Shown here one piece after another: positions 27,168 to 36,794 of a DNA stretch of 64,000 bases. The stretch is taken from positions 10,848 to 74,847 of the forward strand of contig MENF01000150.1 of NCBI GenBank assembly GCA_001769035.1. Direction: 5' to 3'. This DNA comes from Bacteroidetes bacterium GWA2_32_17 (GTDB lineage: Bacteria > Bacteroidota > Bacteroidia > Bacteroidales > GWA2-32-17). Numbering within the stretch: position 1 is the first letter of the stretch; every line of letters starts with the position of its first letter. The translations under genes were made by a program, and so were the position numbers. A model generated the notes under the pieces. The model was not told the origin of the DNA and searched no databases. It saw only the letters and a list, made by a program, of their open reading frames with translations.

Positions 27168-29282
27168 TTGAAATATTTTAAATTAATTATTATATTATTT
27201 TTATTTCTTAATTGCTTTGATACCGATGCACAGCAAATTAGACTTGATTCTTTATTAAAAATTATTAAAACAGAAAAAAACGATTCTGTAAAAGTAAATT
27301 GTTTGTTATCAATTGCTGATTATTATTCAAACGAAACACCCGATAAAGCTATTTATTATGCTAATAAAGCTAAAAACACAGCTATCTATTTAAAAAATCG
27401 TATTCTATATGCACGTTGTTTAATGGAAATTGGTTGGTACTATTATCAATTAGGAAACTATGCTCAAACCCTAAAAAATTATTTTGAAGCTTTAAAAGTT
27501 TATAAACCAAGCGAATTAAAATATACTTCAGCAGTTCTAACTAATATTGGAGACGTTTTTTTAGAGCAAAAAGATTATGAGAAAGCAAAAGAATATTATT
27601 TAAAAGCTCTTAAAATTGACGAAGAAACGCTAAATAAAAATGGGATAGCTGTAATAAATGGTAACATAGGTATAGTATATGAAGAACAAAAAGATTACGA
27701 AAATGCATTAGAATACTTTTACAAATCTTTAACTTTAAACAAAGAGTTATTAAATGAAGCATTGGAAAGTAAAAATTCTCATGAAATTAATGAAAACAAG
27801 AAAGAAATAGCGATTAAATTGGGAAATATTGGAAATTTATATGCAAGTAAAATCGAGAACGATAAATTAACTGTCAACGAAAAAAACGAACTATTAAACA
27901 AAGCATTAGATTATCTTTTGGAAGGTTTAAAAATTGATTATGAGTTAAACAGAAAAAACGGAATTGCTACAAAACTTGGCAATATTGGTATATTATACAA
28001 ATATACAATGAATTATAAACTTGCCGAAAATTATTTACAAAAAGCTCTTTTAGTTTCTGATAGCATTAAAGCTATTAAGTTAATGATTGAATGGCATAAA
28101 AATTTAAGTCAGATATATGAAAAAACAAATCAAACTGAAAAATCATATAAACATTATAAAAAACATATTGAATTAAGGGATAGTATTTATAATTCGGATA
28201 ATACCAAAAACAGTTCACAAGTAGAATTAAGTTATGAATTCGATAAAAAAATGGCATTGAAAAAAGCCGAAAAAGAAAAAAAAGATGCGATTGCTAAAGC
28301 CGAGAAAAGAAAGCAACAAATAGTTATTTGGGCGGTTGGAATCGGACTTATATTAGTGCTAATTTTTACAACCTTTATACTACGTTCTCTTAAGTTAACA
28401 AAAAAACAAAAAAAAATAATTGAAGAGCAAAAACAAATAGTAGAAGAAAAGCAAAATGAAATAATTGACAGTCTAAATTATGCTAAACACTTACAAAATG
28501 CAATTTTACCTACTGCAATTAAGTGGCAAAAACATTTACCAAATAGTTTTATTTTATACAAACCAAAAGATATTGTTTCAGGTGATTTTTACTGGCTTAC
28601 TCAAATAACAACAATGGAACCCCCATTGTTAATTTTTGCTGTTGCCGATTGTACCGGACATGGAGTTCCAGGTGCAATGGTTAGCGTTGTATGCTGTAAT
28701 GCACTTAACAGAGTTGTAAAGGAATTTAATATTACTGAACCTGACAAAATATTAGACAAAACAAAAGAGCTTGTTGTTGAGCATTTTACAAAGGGTAGTG
28801 AAGACGTAAAAGATGGAATGGACATATCGCTTTGTTCATTATATTACGAAACTGATAAAATTATTCTTAAATGGGCTGGAGCAAATAATCCATTATGGGT
28901 TATTTCTTCTGTCATTCTGAACGATAGTGAAGAATCTAACTCGAAAATAGATGCTTCGACTCATAACGATAACTATATGCTAACTGAATTTAAACCCGAC
29001 AAGCATCCTGTTGGAAAAACCGATAACAACGTGCCATTTACAACCCATAATATTGAACTTCAAAAAAATGATTGTATTTATATCTTTAGCGATGGTTATC
29101 AGGATCAGTTCGGTGGAGAACAAGGCAAGAAATTTAAAACTTCGCAAATGAAAGAACTTTTTTTATCGGTACAAAACAAAACTATGAACGAACAGAAAAA
29201 GATTATTTCATATAAATTTGATAACTGGAAAGAAAATTTAGAACAAGTTGATGATATTTGTATAATTGGGGTTAAGGTTTAA
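27168..29282 (+). CDS. TPR-repeat membrane protein with C-terminal SpoIIE/PP2C-type serine phosphatase domain (paralogue 3)
   Basis: TTG start, leader, TPR units, TM IVIWAVGIGLILVLIFTTFIL, GDFYW...ADCTGHGVPGAMVS...DGMD...DGYQDQFGG...DDICIIGVKV. Confidence 0.85.
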   Translation: MKYFKLIIILFLFLNCFDTDAQQIRLDSLLKIIKTEKNDSVKVNCLLSIADYYSNETPDKAIYYANKAKNTAIYLKNRILYARCLMEIGWYYYQLGNYAQTLKNYFEALKVYKPSELKYTSAVLTNIGDVFLEQKDYEKAKEYYLKALKIDEETLNKNGIAVINGNIGIVYEEQKDYENALEYFYKSLTLNKELLNEALESKNSHEINENKKEIAIKLGNIGNLYASKIENDKLTVNEKNELLNKALDYLLEGLKIDYELNRKNGIATKLGNIGILYKYTMNYKLAENYLQKALLVSDSIKAIKLMIEWHKNLSQIYEKTNQTEKSYKHYKKHIELRDSIYNSDNTKNSSQVELSYEFDKKMALKKAEKEKKDAIAKAEKRKQQIVIWAVGIGLILVLIFTTFILRSLKLTKKQKKIIEEQKQIVEEKQNEIIDSLNYAKHLQNAILPTAIKWQKHLPNSFILYKPKDIVSGDFYWLTQITTMEPPLLIFAVADCTGHGVPGAMVSVVCCNALNRVVKEFNITEPDKILDKTKELVVEHFTKGSEDVKDGMDISLCSLYYETDKIILKWAGANNPLWVISSVILNDSEESNSKIDASTHNDNYMLTEFKPDKHPVGKTDNNVPFTTHNIELQKNDCIYIFSDGYQDQFGGEQGKKFKTSQMKELFLSVQNKTMNEQKKIISYKFDNWKENLEQVDDICIIGVKV
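28911..28975 (+). repeat. Copy of the gtcattctgaacg...agatgyttcgact dispersed element, in frame inside paralogue 3
   Basis: gtcattctgaacgatagtgaagaatcta matches 34842-34870 (gtcattctgaacgattagtgaagaatcta) apart from a 1-nt indel. tagatgcttcgact matches tagatgtttcgact. It is codon-aligned and encodes VILNDSEESNSKIDASTHNDNY. Confidence 0.75.
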
Positions 29283-29326
29283 TAATTAATTATTTTTTTG
29301 TATTTTTGCTTTAATAAAAATTAAAA

Positions 29327-30064
29327 ATGAAAAATATAACATTTGTATTAATATTGTTTTTGTTGTGTAATGTTACACATTCACAATCAATTACACAAAT
29401 TAACAAACAGCTTGATAGTCTTTATAATTTGCGAAAAAATATACAAATTAAAGTTAAAGATTTGCAAGACCAGCTTAATACAGTAAACAGTAAAATAAAC
29501 ACTTTGGAGACAAAAAAAGCAAGTATTTCAAATACTTCAAGCACAAATGACAATGACGATATTATTGTTGCAAAAATAACATCTGGAGGTGCTATTCTTC
29601 GGGATACACCTAACTCAACAGGAAAAACATTAACCACAATTCCTGGAAATGAAACAATTAACGTTTACAAAGTTCAACAAAACTTATATTTAAAAGTATT
29701 ATATAAAGGACAAACCGGATATGTGAGTTATTCAACAATTCAAACCAATCAGGAACTTGACGATTTTATTGCTGGTAAAGAGCCTGTTAAACAATCTGTT
29801 ACAACCTCAATTGTAAGAACTGTAAATGAAAACGACCCACGTTTCCAAAAACTTGTTAAACTTTATGGACACGAAAATGCAGTAAAAATTATTAATGGCG
29901 AATTATGGCAGGGAATGAGTTACGGAATGGTTCTAGAAAGCATTGGAAAACCAAACAGCAAAAACTCTAACAACGCTCCCGATGGAGTTAAAGAAAAATG
30001 GCTTTATAGCGATTATACACTCGATTTTATTAATGGTGAACTTAAAAATTGGAAAAAGAAATAA
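29327..30064 (+). CDS. Secreted protein with coiled coil and SH3b-like domain
   Basis: Signal peptide and coiled coil (LYNLRKNIQIKVKDLQDQLNTVNSKINTLETKK). AKITSGGAILRDTPNSTGKTLTTIPGNETINVYKVQQNLYLKVLYKGQTGYVSYSTIQ resembles bacterial SH3. Confidence 0.55.
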   Translation: MKNITFVLILFLLCNVTHSQSITQINKQLDSLYNLRKNIQIKVKDLQDQLNTVNSKINTLETKKASISNTSSTNDNDDIIVAKITSGGAILRDTPNSTGKTLTTIPGNETINVYKVQQNLYLKVLYKGQTGYVSYSTIQTNQELDDFIAGKEPVKQSVTTSIVRTVNENDPRFQKLVKLYGHENAVKIINGELWQGMSYGMVLESIGKPNSKNSNNAPDGVKEKWLYSDYTLDFINGELKNWKKK

Positions 30065-30069
30065 TTTTT

Positions 30070-30150
30070 TAGTTTTAAGTTTCAGGTTTCGAGTTTAAAG
30101 TTTCGAGTTTTTTAACAACCAAAAACCTCAAACTAAAAACCCTAAACTAA
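30070..30150. repeat. Imperfect inverted repeat (tagttttaagtttcaggtttcgag... / ...aaaacctcaaactaaaaaccctaaacta), possible terminator of 29327-30064
   Basis: The arms are roughly reverse-complementary. It starts directly after the stop codon at 30062-30064. Confidence 0.5.
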
Positions 30151-30158
30151 TAAACCAA

Positions 30159-30212
30159 TGAAAAATATAAAAAATTGAGTATCAATAAACTAAAAAAGAT
30201 AAACAGATGAAA
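30159..30212 (+). repeat. 54-nt direct repeat, copy 1 (includes a duplicated RBS region and ATGAAA)
   Basis: tgaaaaatataaaaaattgagtatcaataaactaaaaaagataaacagatgaaa matches 30423-30476 at 51/54. Confidence 0.85.
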
Positions 30213-30276
30213 CATCCACGACTAAATAAAGACACACAAGGGAATGATTATATTAGCGGTTGAGGTTAAGTGATGA

Positions 30277-30422
30277 GATTGAAAAAGATTGAGAAAACAA
30301 GATTGAGAAGAAGGATTGAAAGGATTGAAAAAACAAGATTGAATAGATTGAGAAGACAAGATTGGAGAACGTCTTCATCAATCCTATCAATCTTCTTCAA
30401 TCTACATCAATCTACATCAATC
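30277..30422. repeat. Palindromic block: 8 GATTGR motifs on the left arm, 5 TCAATC motifs on the right arm
   Basis: Read directly from the sequence. It lies between the two 54-nt direct repeats. Confidence 0.8.
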
Positions 30423-30476
30423 TGAAAAATATAATAAATTGAGTATCAATAAACTAAAAAATATAAACAAATGAAA
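30423..30476 (+). repeat. 54-nt direct repeat, copy 2 (contains the real start of 30471-31154)
   Basis: tgaaaaatataataaattgagtatcaataaactaaaaaatataaacaaatgaaa. Confidence 0.85.
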
Positions 30477-31154
30477 AAGATTACATTATCATTAGCATTT
30501 ATTGGATTTATTTTCCAAAGTTTTTCACAGGATTGTATATTTTACTGTCCTGTAAAAGAAGGTACTATAACTGAAACAAAGAATTATAATGCAAAAGACA
30601 AACTTCAGAGTACCAATAAACAAACAATTTTATCGAAAAAAGTAACAGGTAAAGATGTTGCAGTAACAATTAAATCAGAATCTTATGACGATAAAGATAA
30701 ATTAGTTGGAAGCCGGGATTTAACCTTTGAATGTAAAAACGGTGTGTTCTTTTTTGATATGAAGAACCTTATTGACCCACAAACTATGTCGGCATATAAA
30801 GACATGGAAGTGAAAATGACTGCAATCAATTTAGATATGCCTTCTGTTTTATCAGTTGGTAAAACACTTGGCGATGGAAATGTTCAGATGGCAGTATCAA
30901 ACCAGGGAATGAATATGATGACAATGACTATTAATATAACAAATAGAAAAATTGAAGCAATTGAAAAAATTACTACACCTGCAGGCACTTTCGATTGTTA
31001 TAAAATATCTTATGATGTTGAAACAAAAATGATGTTTAAAATGCAATCTAAAGGAATTGACTGGGTAGCAAAAGAAATTGGAACAGTTCGTTCTGAAAAT
31101 TATGACAGTAAGGGAAAACTTGTTGGATATACTGTTCTAAATTCCATTAAATAG
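30471..31154 (+). CDS. Secreted hypothetical protein
   Basis: Signal peptide (LAFIGFIFQSFSQD) followed by beta-rich sequence. No family assigned. Confidence 0.45.
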   Translation: MKKITLSLAFIGFIFQSFSQDCIFYCPVKEGTITETKNYNAKDKLQSTNKQTILSKKVTGKDVAVTIKSESYDDKDKLVGSRDLTFECKNGVFFFDMKNLIDPQTMSAYKDMEVKMTAINLDMPSVLSVGKTLGDGNVQMAVSNQGMNMMTMTINITNRKIEAIEKITTPAGTFDCYKISYDVETKMMFKMQSKGIDWVAKEIGTVRSENYDSKGKLVGYTVLNSIK

Positions 31155-31160
31155 TAAATT

Positions 31161-32201
31161 ATGAGAATTATTATTTTAAGTGCATTTAGTTTATTCTTTG
31201 TTATAACTCTTTTTGGACAAACACAATTTAGAAGTGGAATATTTCTTCATCACTCAACAGGGCTATGCATCTGGGGACCTAATGGAAGTTCTACTGATAT
31301 TCCTCAAGAAATGGCTTCTTACAATTTTACCAACTCATATACAGATTCGAATGCTGTAACTTTAAACGAAGAATGGTGGGCACCATCAGATAATGAATGG
31401 TCAACACAACATGATTTTTTTAAAGACCCAAGCCCAATCACAGGAATTGACTTTTATACACCAAACAATAAAATAATAGTAATAAAATCATGTTTCCCTT
31501 CCTCATCAATTACTAGTATAGGTCAAGCAAGCGATACATTAAACCCAACCGATAAAACAATCTATAATTATAAATGGCATTGGAGAAATATTGTAAACGT
31601 AATGAAAGTTCATCCTTCTAACTTCTTTGTTATCTGGACTAATGCACCTTTAGAAATCAACTCCACTAATCTTTCAGAAGCAGGGTTTTCGGATATTTTT
31701 TGCAAATGGGCAAAAGACACATTAGCTCAAGGATTAGATTCCGAATTCGGAGCTTTTCCATCTAATGTTTATGTTTTTGATTTTTTCCATAAAATTACTG
31801 ATGCAATGGGGGTAGAACTTCCTCAATATGCTTCGGGACCAGGAGATAGCCATCCAAACGCAGTTGCAACAGAATTAGTTGCTCCTCAATTTGTTCAAGA
31901 GGTTTTTAATGCTTCTATTTATTACGAAACAATTTATTCGCAAATAGTTGAACCATCAACTCAAAATTTAAATTTTAAAGTTTATCCGAATTTTTCATCA
32001 GATTATATAATTATAAAATTACAATCATTGTCAAATAAGAATAATGCCACCCTTTATAATTCTCAAGGAAATATAATTCTTTCTCAAAAAATCATCAATT
32101 ATAACACTCAAATTAGTATAGCAAACCTTGCTAGTGGTGTGTATTATTTAAAACTCTCAAATGAAAAAATGGTTGAAGTGAGAAAGGTAATTAAAAAATA
32201 A
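31161..32201 (+). CDS. T9SS-sorted secreted protein of unknown function
   Basis: Signal peptide. The C-terminal FKVYPNFSSDYIIIKL...GVYYLKLSNEKMVEVRKVIKK fits the T9SS CTD pattern. Confidence 0.55.
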   Translation: MRIIILSAFSLFFVITLFGQTQFRSGIFLHHSTGLCIWGPNGSSTDIPQEMASYNFTNSYTDSNAVTLNEEWWAPSDNEWSTQHDFFKDPSPITGIDFYTPNNKIIVIKSCFPSSSITSIGQASDTLNPTDKTIYNYKWHWRNIVNVMKVHPSNFFVIWTNAPLEINSTNLSEAGFSDIFCKWAKDTLAQGLDSEFGAFPSNVYVFDFFHKITDAMGVELPQYASGPGDSHPNAVATELVAPQFVQEVFNASIYYETIYSQIVEPSTQNLNFKVYPNFSSDYIIIKLQSLSNKNNATLYNSQGNIILSQKIINYNTQISIANLASGVYYLKLSNEKMVEVRKVIKK

Positions 32202-32303
32202 AAACGAAATCACTCTCGTATTACTTCATCTTGTTCATGTCTTTACAAATCATTTTTACTTCAAACATTTATTTTGTCGGTTATTCACAGACTATAATTA
32301 CAA

Positions 32304-34739
32304 TTAAAATATTTGAGGATATTTTTTAGGATTGTAATTGTGCATCATGTTATAAATACCTTCAAAAACATCTTCGGCATTTGGATTCGAAAAATAATCG
32401 CCATCGGTAGCATAAGCGGGGCGGTGTTCTTGAGCGGTTATTGTAATTGGTTCAGAATCTAAGTATTTATAAGCTCCTTGTTCTTCCAAAACTTTTTGGA
32501 GCATAAATGCAGTTGCTCCACCCGGAACATCTTCGTCGAAAAACACAATTTTATTTGTTTTTTTTACTGATTCGAGAATTGAATTATTTACATCAAATGG
32601 TAATAGCGATTGAACATCAATAAGTTCAACATTAATTTTAAATTCTTTTAATTGTTCTACCGCTTCTTGTGCAATTCTTACACATGAACCATAAGTAATT
32701 AATGTTATATCATTACCCACATTTAATATTTCCGGTACTCCTATTGGAATTTTATACTCACCAATATTATCGGGACGTTTTTCTTTTAAACGATAACCGT
32801 TTAATGGCTCTATAACCAAAGCTGCATCTTCAGCTTCGAACAGAGTGTTATAAAACCCTGCAGCTTGAGTCATGTTTCTTGGAACAAGCACATATACGCC
32901 TCTAATAGAATTTATTACCATGCTTAATGGTGAGCCGGAATGCCAAATTCCTTCCAACCTGTGACCACGAGTTGAAATTATTACAGGAGCTTTTTGTCCG
33001 CCGGCAGTTCTGTAATGCAGCGAAGCCAAATCGTCGCTTAAAGTTTGTAGTGCATATAATAAATAATCGAAATACTGAATTTCAACTAATGGACGTAAGC
33101 CCCTTAATGCCAAACCAATACCCTGACCTAAAATTGTTGTTTCTCTAATTCCTGTATCAGAAATTCTAAGTTCGCCATATTTTTTTTGAAGTCCTTCAAA
33201 CGACTGGTTAACGCCGCCAATATGTCCAACATCTTCGCCAAAAGCAACTAACAAATGGTATTTCTGAAATAAATAATCCCAATTATCACGCAAAACTTCT
33301 CTGCCGTTAACAATTGTGGAGTTTTGGGTAAATATTGGAGGAACACTTTTAATATTTAAAGCTGATTTCTCGGTCTGCACATATAAATGACTGTTATATC
33401 TTTTGTGAGCATCGTCGTAATTGCGTTTTAGCCAATATTGCAAATCACTTTGTAATTGTTTTCTAATATCGCAATCGAAGCAAACGTGACGAAGAATTTT
33501 TTTTGCAGCACTAAAAATATCTTTCCTGATTGGATATTGAATTTTTTTTAAATTTTCGGTAATAATTCCAACTTTATCAACATGTTCCCGCTTACAAACG
33601 CAAGAACGGTTATCAATAATTTTAACAAGTTCATTGCGTTCGCGTTTTATTGGTTCATTAAAATTATTCCATGCACTTTGTTTTGCACTTTTTACATCAT
33701 TCAATGCTTTTTCGTTAATCGAATTTAATTCTTCTTCGCTTGATATGTGATTTTCTATTAACCAATTACGAAATCTTGCAATTGGGTCAAATTCGTTCTC
33801 AAAAGTTAATCGTTCGGGCGATTTGTATCGTTCATGTGAACCTGAAGTTGAGTGTCCTAAAGGTTGTGTCATTTCTTCGATATGAAAAACAACCGGAATA
33901 TGTTCTTTTCTGCATTTCTCAACGCCTTCGGAAAAAACTTTTACCATTTCGGCATAATCCCAACCTTTAACTTTGTAAATAAAAATTCCGCCATTGGAAT
34001 CTTTTTCAAATCCACTTAACAATTGCGAAATACTTTGTTTTGTAGTTTGATATTTTTTGGGAACCGAAATTCCGTAACCATCATCAAAAATAAATAATGC
34101 CATAGGAACTTTTAAAACTCCAACTGCATTAATTGTTTCCCAAAAATGTCCTTCAGATGTGCTTGCATCGCCAATAGTACCAAAAGCAACTTCATTTCCA
34201 TTATCGGAAAAATTCTTATAAATTGTTAAGTCTTTATTTTCTCTATATAGTTTTGAAGCCCATGCCAATCCTGTTAAACGAGGCATTTGTCCTGCTGTTG
34301 GTGATAAATCGGCTGCTGAGTTTTTTTGTGTCATTAAATTTTTCCACGAACCATCGGGATTAACATTGGCTGTGCTAAAATGGTTATTAAAAGAACGTCC
34401 GCTGTTATGAGGATTATTTTTAATATCCGTGTCGCCATAAAGTTGAGCAAAAAATTGTTCTGCTGTAAGTAAACCTGAAGCAAGCATAAAAGTTTGGTCG
34501 CGGTAATAACCCGAACGCCAATCGCCATTTTTAAAATTTTTAGCCATTACAACTTGGGCTAATTCTTTACCATCTCCAAAAATTCCGAATTTTGCTTTTC
34601 CGGTAAGAACTTCTTTACGACCAATAACGCTTAAATGCCGACTTAACGAGGAAATATAAAAGTCGTTTAAAACGTCTTTCTTAAAATCGTCGAATGTCAT
34701 TTGTTTATCGGTATCTAAAGATATATAATTAGAATTCAT
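32304..34739 (-). CDS. Fused alpha/beta E1 component of a TPP-dependent 2-oxoacid dehydrogenase
   Basis: The N-terminal half has the E1-alpha TPP motif IGDASTSEGHFWETINAVGVLKVPMALFIFDDGYGISV. The C-terminal half has the E1-beta motif FGEDVGHIGGVNQSFEGLQKKYGELRISDTGIRE. 811 aa. Confidence 0.85.
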   Translation of the reverse strand: MNSNYISLDTDKQMTFDDFKKDVLNDFYISSLSRHLSVIGRKEVLTGKAKFGIFGDGKELAQVVMAKNFKNGDWRSGYYRDQTFMLASGLLTAEQFFAQLYGDTDIKNNPHNSGRSFNNHFSTANVNPDGSWKNLMTQKNSAADLSPTAGQMPRLTGLAWASKLYRENKDLTIYKNFSDNGNEVAFGTIGDASTSEGHFWETINAVGVLKVPMALFIFDDGYGISVPKKYQTTKQSISQLLSGFEKDSNGGIFIYKVKGWDYAEMVKVFSEGVEKCRKEHIPVVFHIEEMTQPLGHSTSGSHERYKSPERLTFENEFDPIARFRNWLIENHISSEEELNSINEKALNDVKSAKQSAWNNFNEPIKRERNELVKIIDNRSCVCKREHVDKVGIITENLKKIQYPIRKDIFSAAKKILRHVCFDCDIRKQLQSDLQYWLKRNYDDAHKRYNSHLYVQTEKSALNIKSVPPIFTQNSTIVNGREVLRDNWDYLFQKYHLLVAFGEDVGHIGGVNQSFEGLQKKYGELRISDTGIRETTILGQGIGLALRGLRPLVEIQYFDYLLYALQTLSDDLASLHYRTAGGQKAPVIISTRGHRLEGIWHSGSPLSMVINSIRGVYVLVPRNMTQAAGFYNTLFEAEDAALVIEPLNGYRLKEKRPDNIGEYKIPIGVPEILNVGNDITLITYGSCVRIAQEAVEQLKEFKINVELIDVQSLLPFDVNNSILESVKKTNKIVFFDEDVPGGATAFMLQKVLEEQGAYKYLDSEPITITAQEHRPAYATDGDYFSNPNAEDVFEGIYNMMHNYNPKKYPQIF

Positions 34740-34817
34740 ATAATTTGATTTTAGATTTACGAATTATAAATAAAAAAATACGAACAATTTTTTGCAAAAT
34801 TTCATATAAGGGAAATT

Positions 34818-34935
34818 CTAAAAACTCATTTAAATCTCAATGTCATTCTGAACGATTAGTGAAGAATCTATATTTATTTTTGAATATTAGATGTTTCGAC
34901 TACGCTCAACATGATAATGTGTATTGAGTTTTTAG
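34818..34935. mobile_element. Intergenic MITE-like palindromic element (gtcattctgaacg family)
   Basis: Outer inverted repeat CTAAAAACTCA (34818-34828) / TGAGTTTTTAG (34925-34935). Inner arms are tgtcattctgaacg / cgctcaacatgataa. The 60-aa track ORF 34745-34927 is derived from this repeat. Confidence 0.6.
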
Positions 34936-35048
34936 AGGTACCCAAATTGTAATTTAAGTTTAATATTTGAAATATTTTATATACAAATTTACAAAGAATT
35001 ATTCTAAATAGCGTATCTTTGTATAATTAATTTTAATATACCAAATAT

Positions 35049-35285
35049 ATGTTATTGAAAACTCTAATAATCAGCATTATATTAATTGCATTAGCATTTA
35101 TTGGTTTTGCTATCACTATACTATTTAAAAAAGGCGGACATTTCCCAAATACTCATGTTGGAGAAAATACTGAAATGAAAAAAAGAGGACTAACTTGTGC
35201 AAGTAACGAAAATTTAGGGTGCAACGGAGTTAGCGGACAACCCGAATGTAGTTCATGCTCAATTATTAACAATGTGCTGAAATAA
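35049..35285 (+). CDS. Small membrane protein with Cys-rich tail
   Basis: N-terminal TM (LIISIILIALAFIGFAITILF), then GLTCASNENLGCNGVSGQPECSSCS. 78 aa. Ends 8 nt upstream of the MscS gene. Confidence 0.45.
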   Translation: MLLKTLIISIILIALAFIGFAITILFKKGGHFPNTHVGENTEMKKRGLTCASNENLGCNGVSGQPECSSCSIINNVLK

Positions 35286-35293
35286 ATAAAACT

Positions 35294-36550
35294 ATGAATT
35301 TTGGAATAGGTGATAAAATTTATAGATGGTTAATTCATTTTGGTTTGAATGAAAGTTTAGCTGTGTGGTTAAAAATATTTATCGAAATACTTATTGTTTC
35401 AACAATATGTATAATTATTAATTATATCGCAAAAAAAATTATTTTATCGGTAATTACAAAAATTGTAAAACACAGTAAAAACAAATGGGATGATTTATTG
35501 CTTGAAAAAAAAGTTTTTCATAAATTTTCGCATTTGTTACCGGCTATAATAATATACTACTCATCTATTTATATATTTATTGGACATCCTCAAGTTATTC
35601 ATTATGTAAAGTCGGGAGTGTTTATCTATCTTATTGTAATTGCTATGTTAGTAATCAACTCGTTTTTAAATGCTTTAAACGAAATTTATTTGCAATTACC
35701 ATCATCAAAAGAACGTTCAATAAAAGGATTTTTGCAAGTTGTTAATATATTCAATTTTTTAATAGGGGCTATTTTAATATTATCGGTTTTGTTAAACAAA
35801 AACCCGGGATATTTTTTAACAGGAATTGGTGCTATCGCAGCTATTTTGATGTTAGTTTTTAAAGATACTCTGCTTGGTTTGGTAGCAGGAATTCAGCTTT
35901 CGGCTAACGATATGGTAAAAATTGGCGATTGGATTTCGCTCCCATCAAAAAATGCCGATGGCACTGTAATAGAAATTTCTTTGCACACTGTTAAAATCGA
36001 AAATTGGGATAAAACAATTTCAATGCTTCCTTCATACTCACTTGTATCAGAATCGTTTATAAATTATCGTGGAATTGAAGATTCTAAAACACGTAGAATA
36101 AAACGCTCAATAAATATTGATATTAACAGTATTAAATTTTTAGAAGAATCTGATATTATTAAACTTAAAAAAATAAAATTATTAGAGCCATATATTACTG
36201 AAAAAACAGATGAATTAGATAAATTAAATTCGAAAATTGATGCCGATTTATCTGCAAAAACTAATGGATTACGTTTAACAAATATTGGAACCTTTAGAAA
36301 ATATATTGAACTATATTTAAGAGAAAATCAAAATGTTAGGCAAGATTTAACAATAATTGTAAGACAGTTACAACCAACAGAAACAGGCATTCCGATAGAG
36401 CTTTATTTTTATAGTAAATTATACGAATGGGAGCCATATGAAATTTTTCAAGCCGATATTTTTGACCATTTATTAGCAGTTGTATCGCAATTTGGGTTAC
36501 AGGTTTTTCAAAGCCCAACGGGGTACGATTTTCAAAAACATTTGAAATAA
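35294..36550 (+). CDS. Mechanosensitive ion channel (MscS family)
   Basis: Several TM helices, then LVAGIQLSANDMVKIGDWISLPSKNADGTVIEISLHTVKIENWDKTISMLP, typical of the MscS beta domain. Confidence 0.8.
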   Translation: MNFGIGDKIYRWLIHFGLNESLAVWLKIFIEILIVSTICIIINYIAKKIILSVITKIVKHSKNKWDDLLLEKKVFHKFSHLLPAIIIYYSSIYIFIGHPQVIHYVKSGVFIYLIVIAMLVINSFLNALNEIYLQLPSSKERSIKGFLQVVNIFNFLIGAILILSVLLNKNPGYFLTGIGAIAAILMLVFKDTLLGLVAGIQLSANDMVKIGDWISLPSKNADGTVIEISLHTVKIENWDKTISMLPSYSLVSESFINYRGIEDSKTRRIKRSINIDINSIKFLEESDIIKLKKIKLLEPYITEKTDELDKLNSKIDADLSAKTNGLRLTNIGTFRKYIELYLRENQNVRQDLTIIVRQLQPTETGIPIELYFYSKLYEWEPYEIFQADIFDHLLAVVSQFGLQVFQSPTGYDFQKHLK

Positions 36551-36794
36551 AAAAACTCCAAATGCAACTTTTCTAGTAATTTCAATTAATACAACAATTG
36601 CTTTTATATAGCATGACTATAATAAGAACGCAATAAAAAATCATTCACCCCGTTGGATATTCCATTTTTATTGCATAACGGCTATTCAACATAATTATCC
36701 CAAGGGGTAAATGATTTTTTAACCACTTTTTTTACTTTGTGAATTTGGCGTCTTTGCGAGAAAAATTTACTTGCGTAACATAAGTAATAAACAT

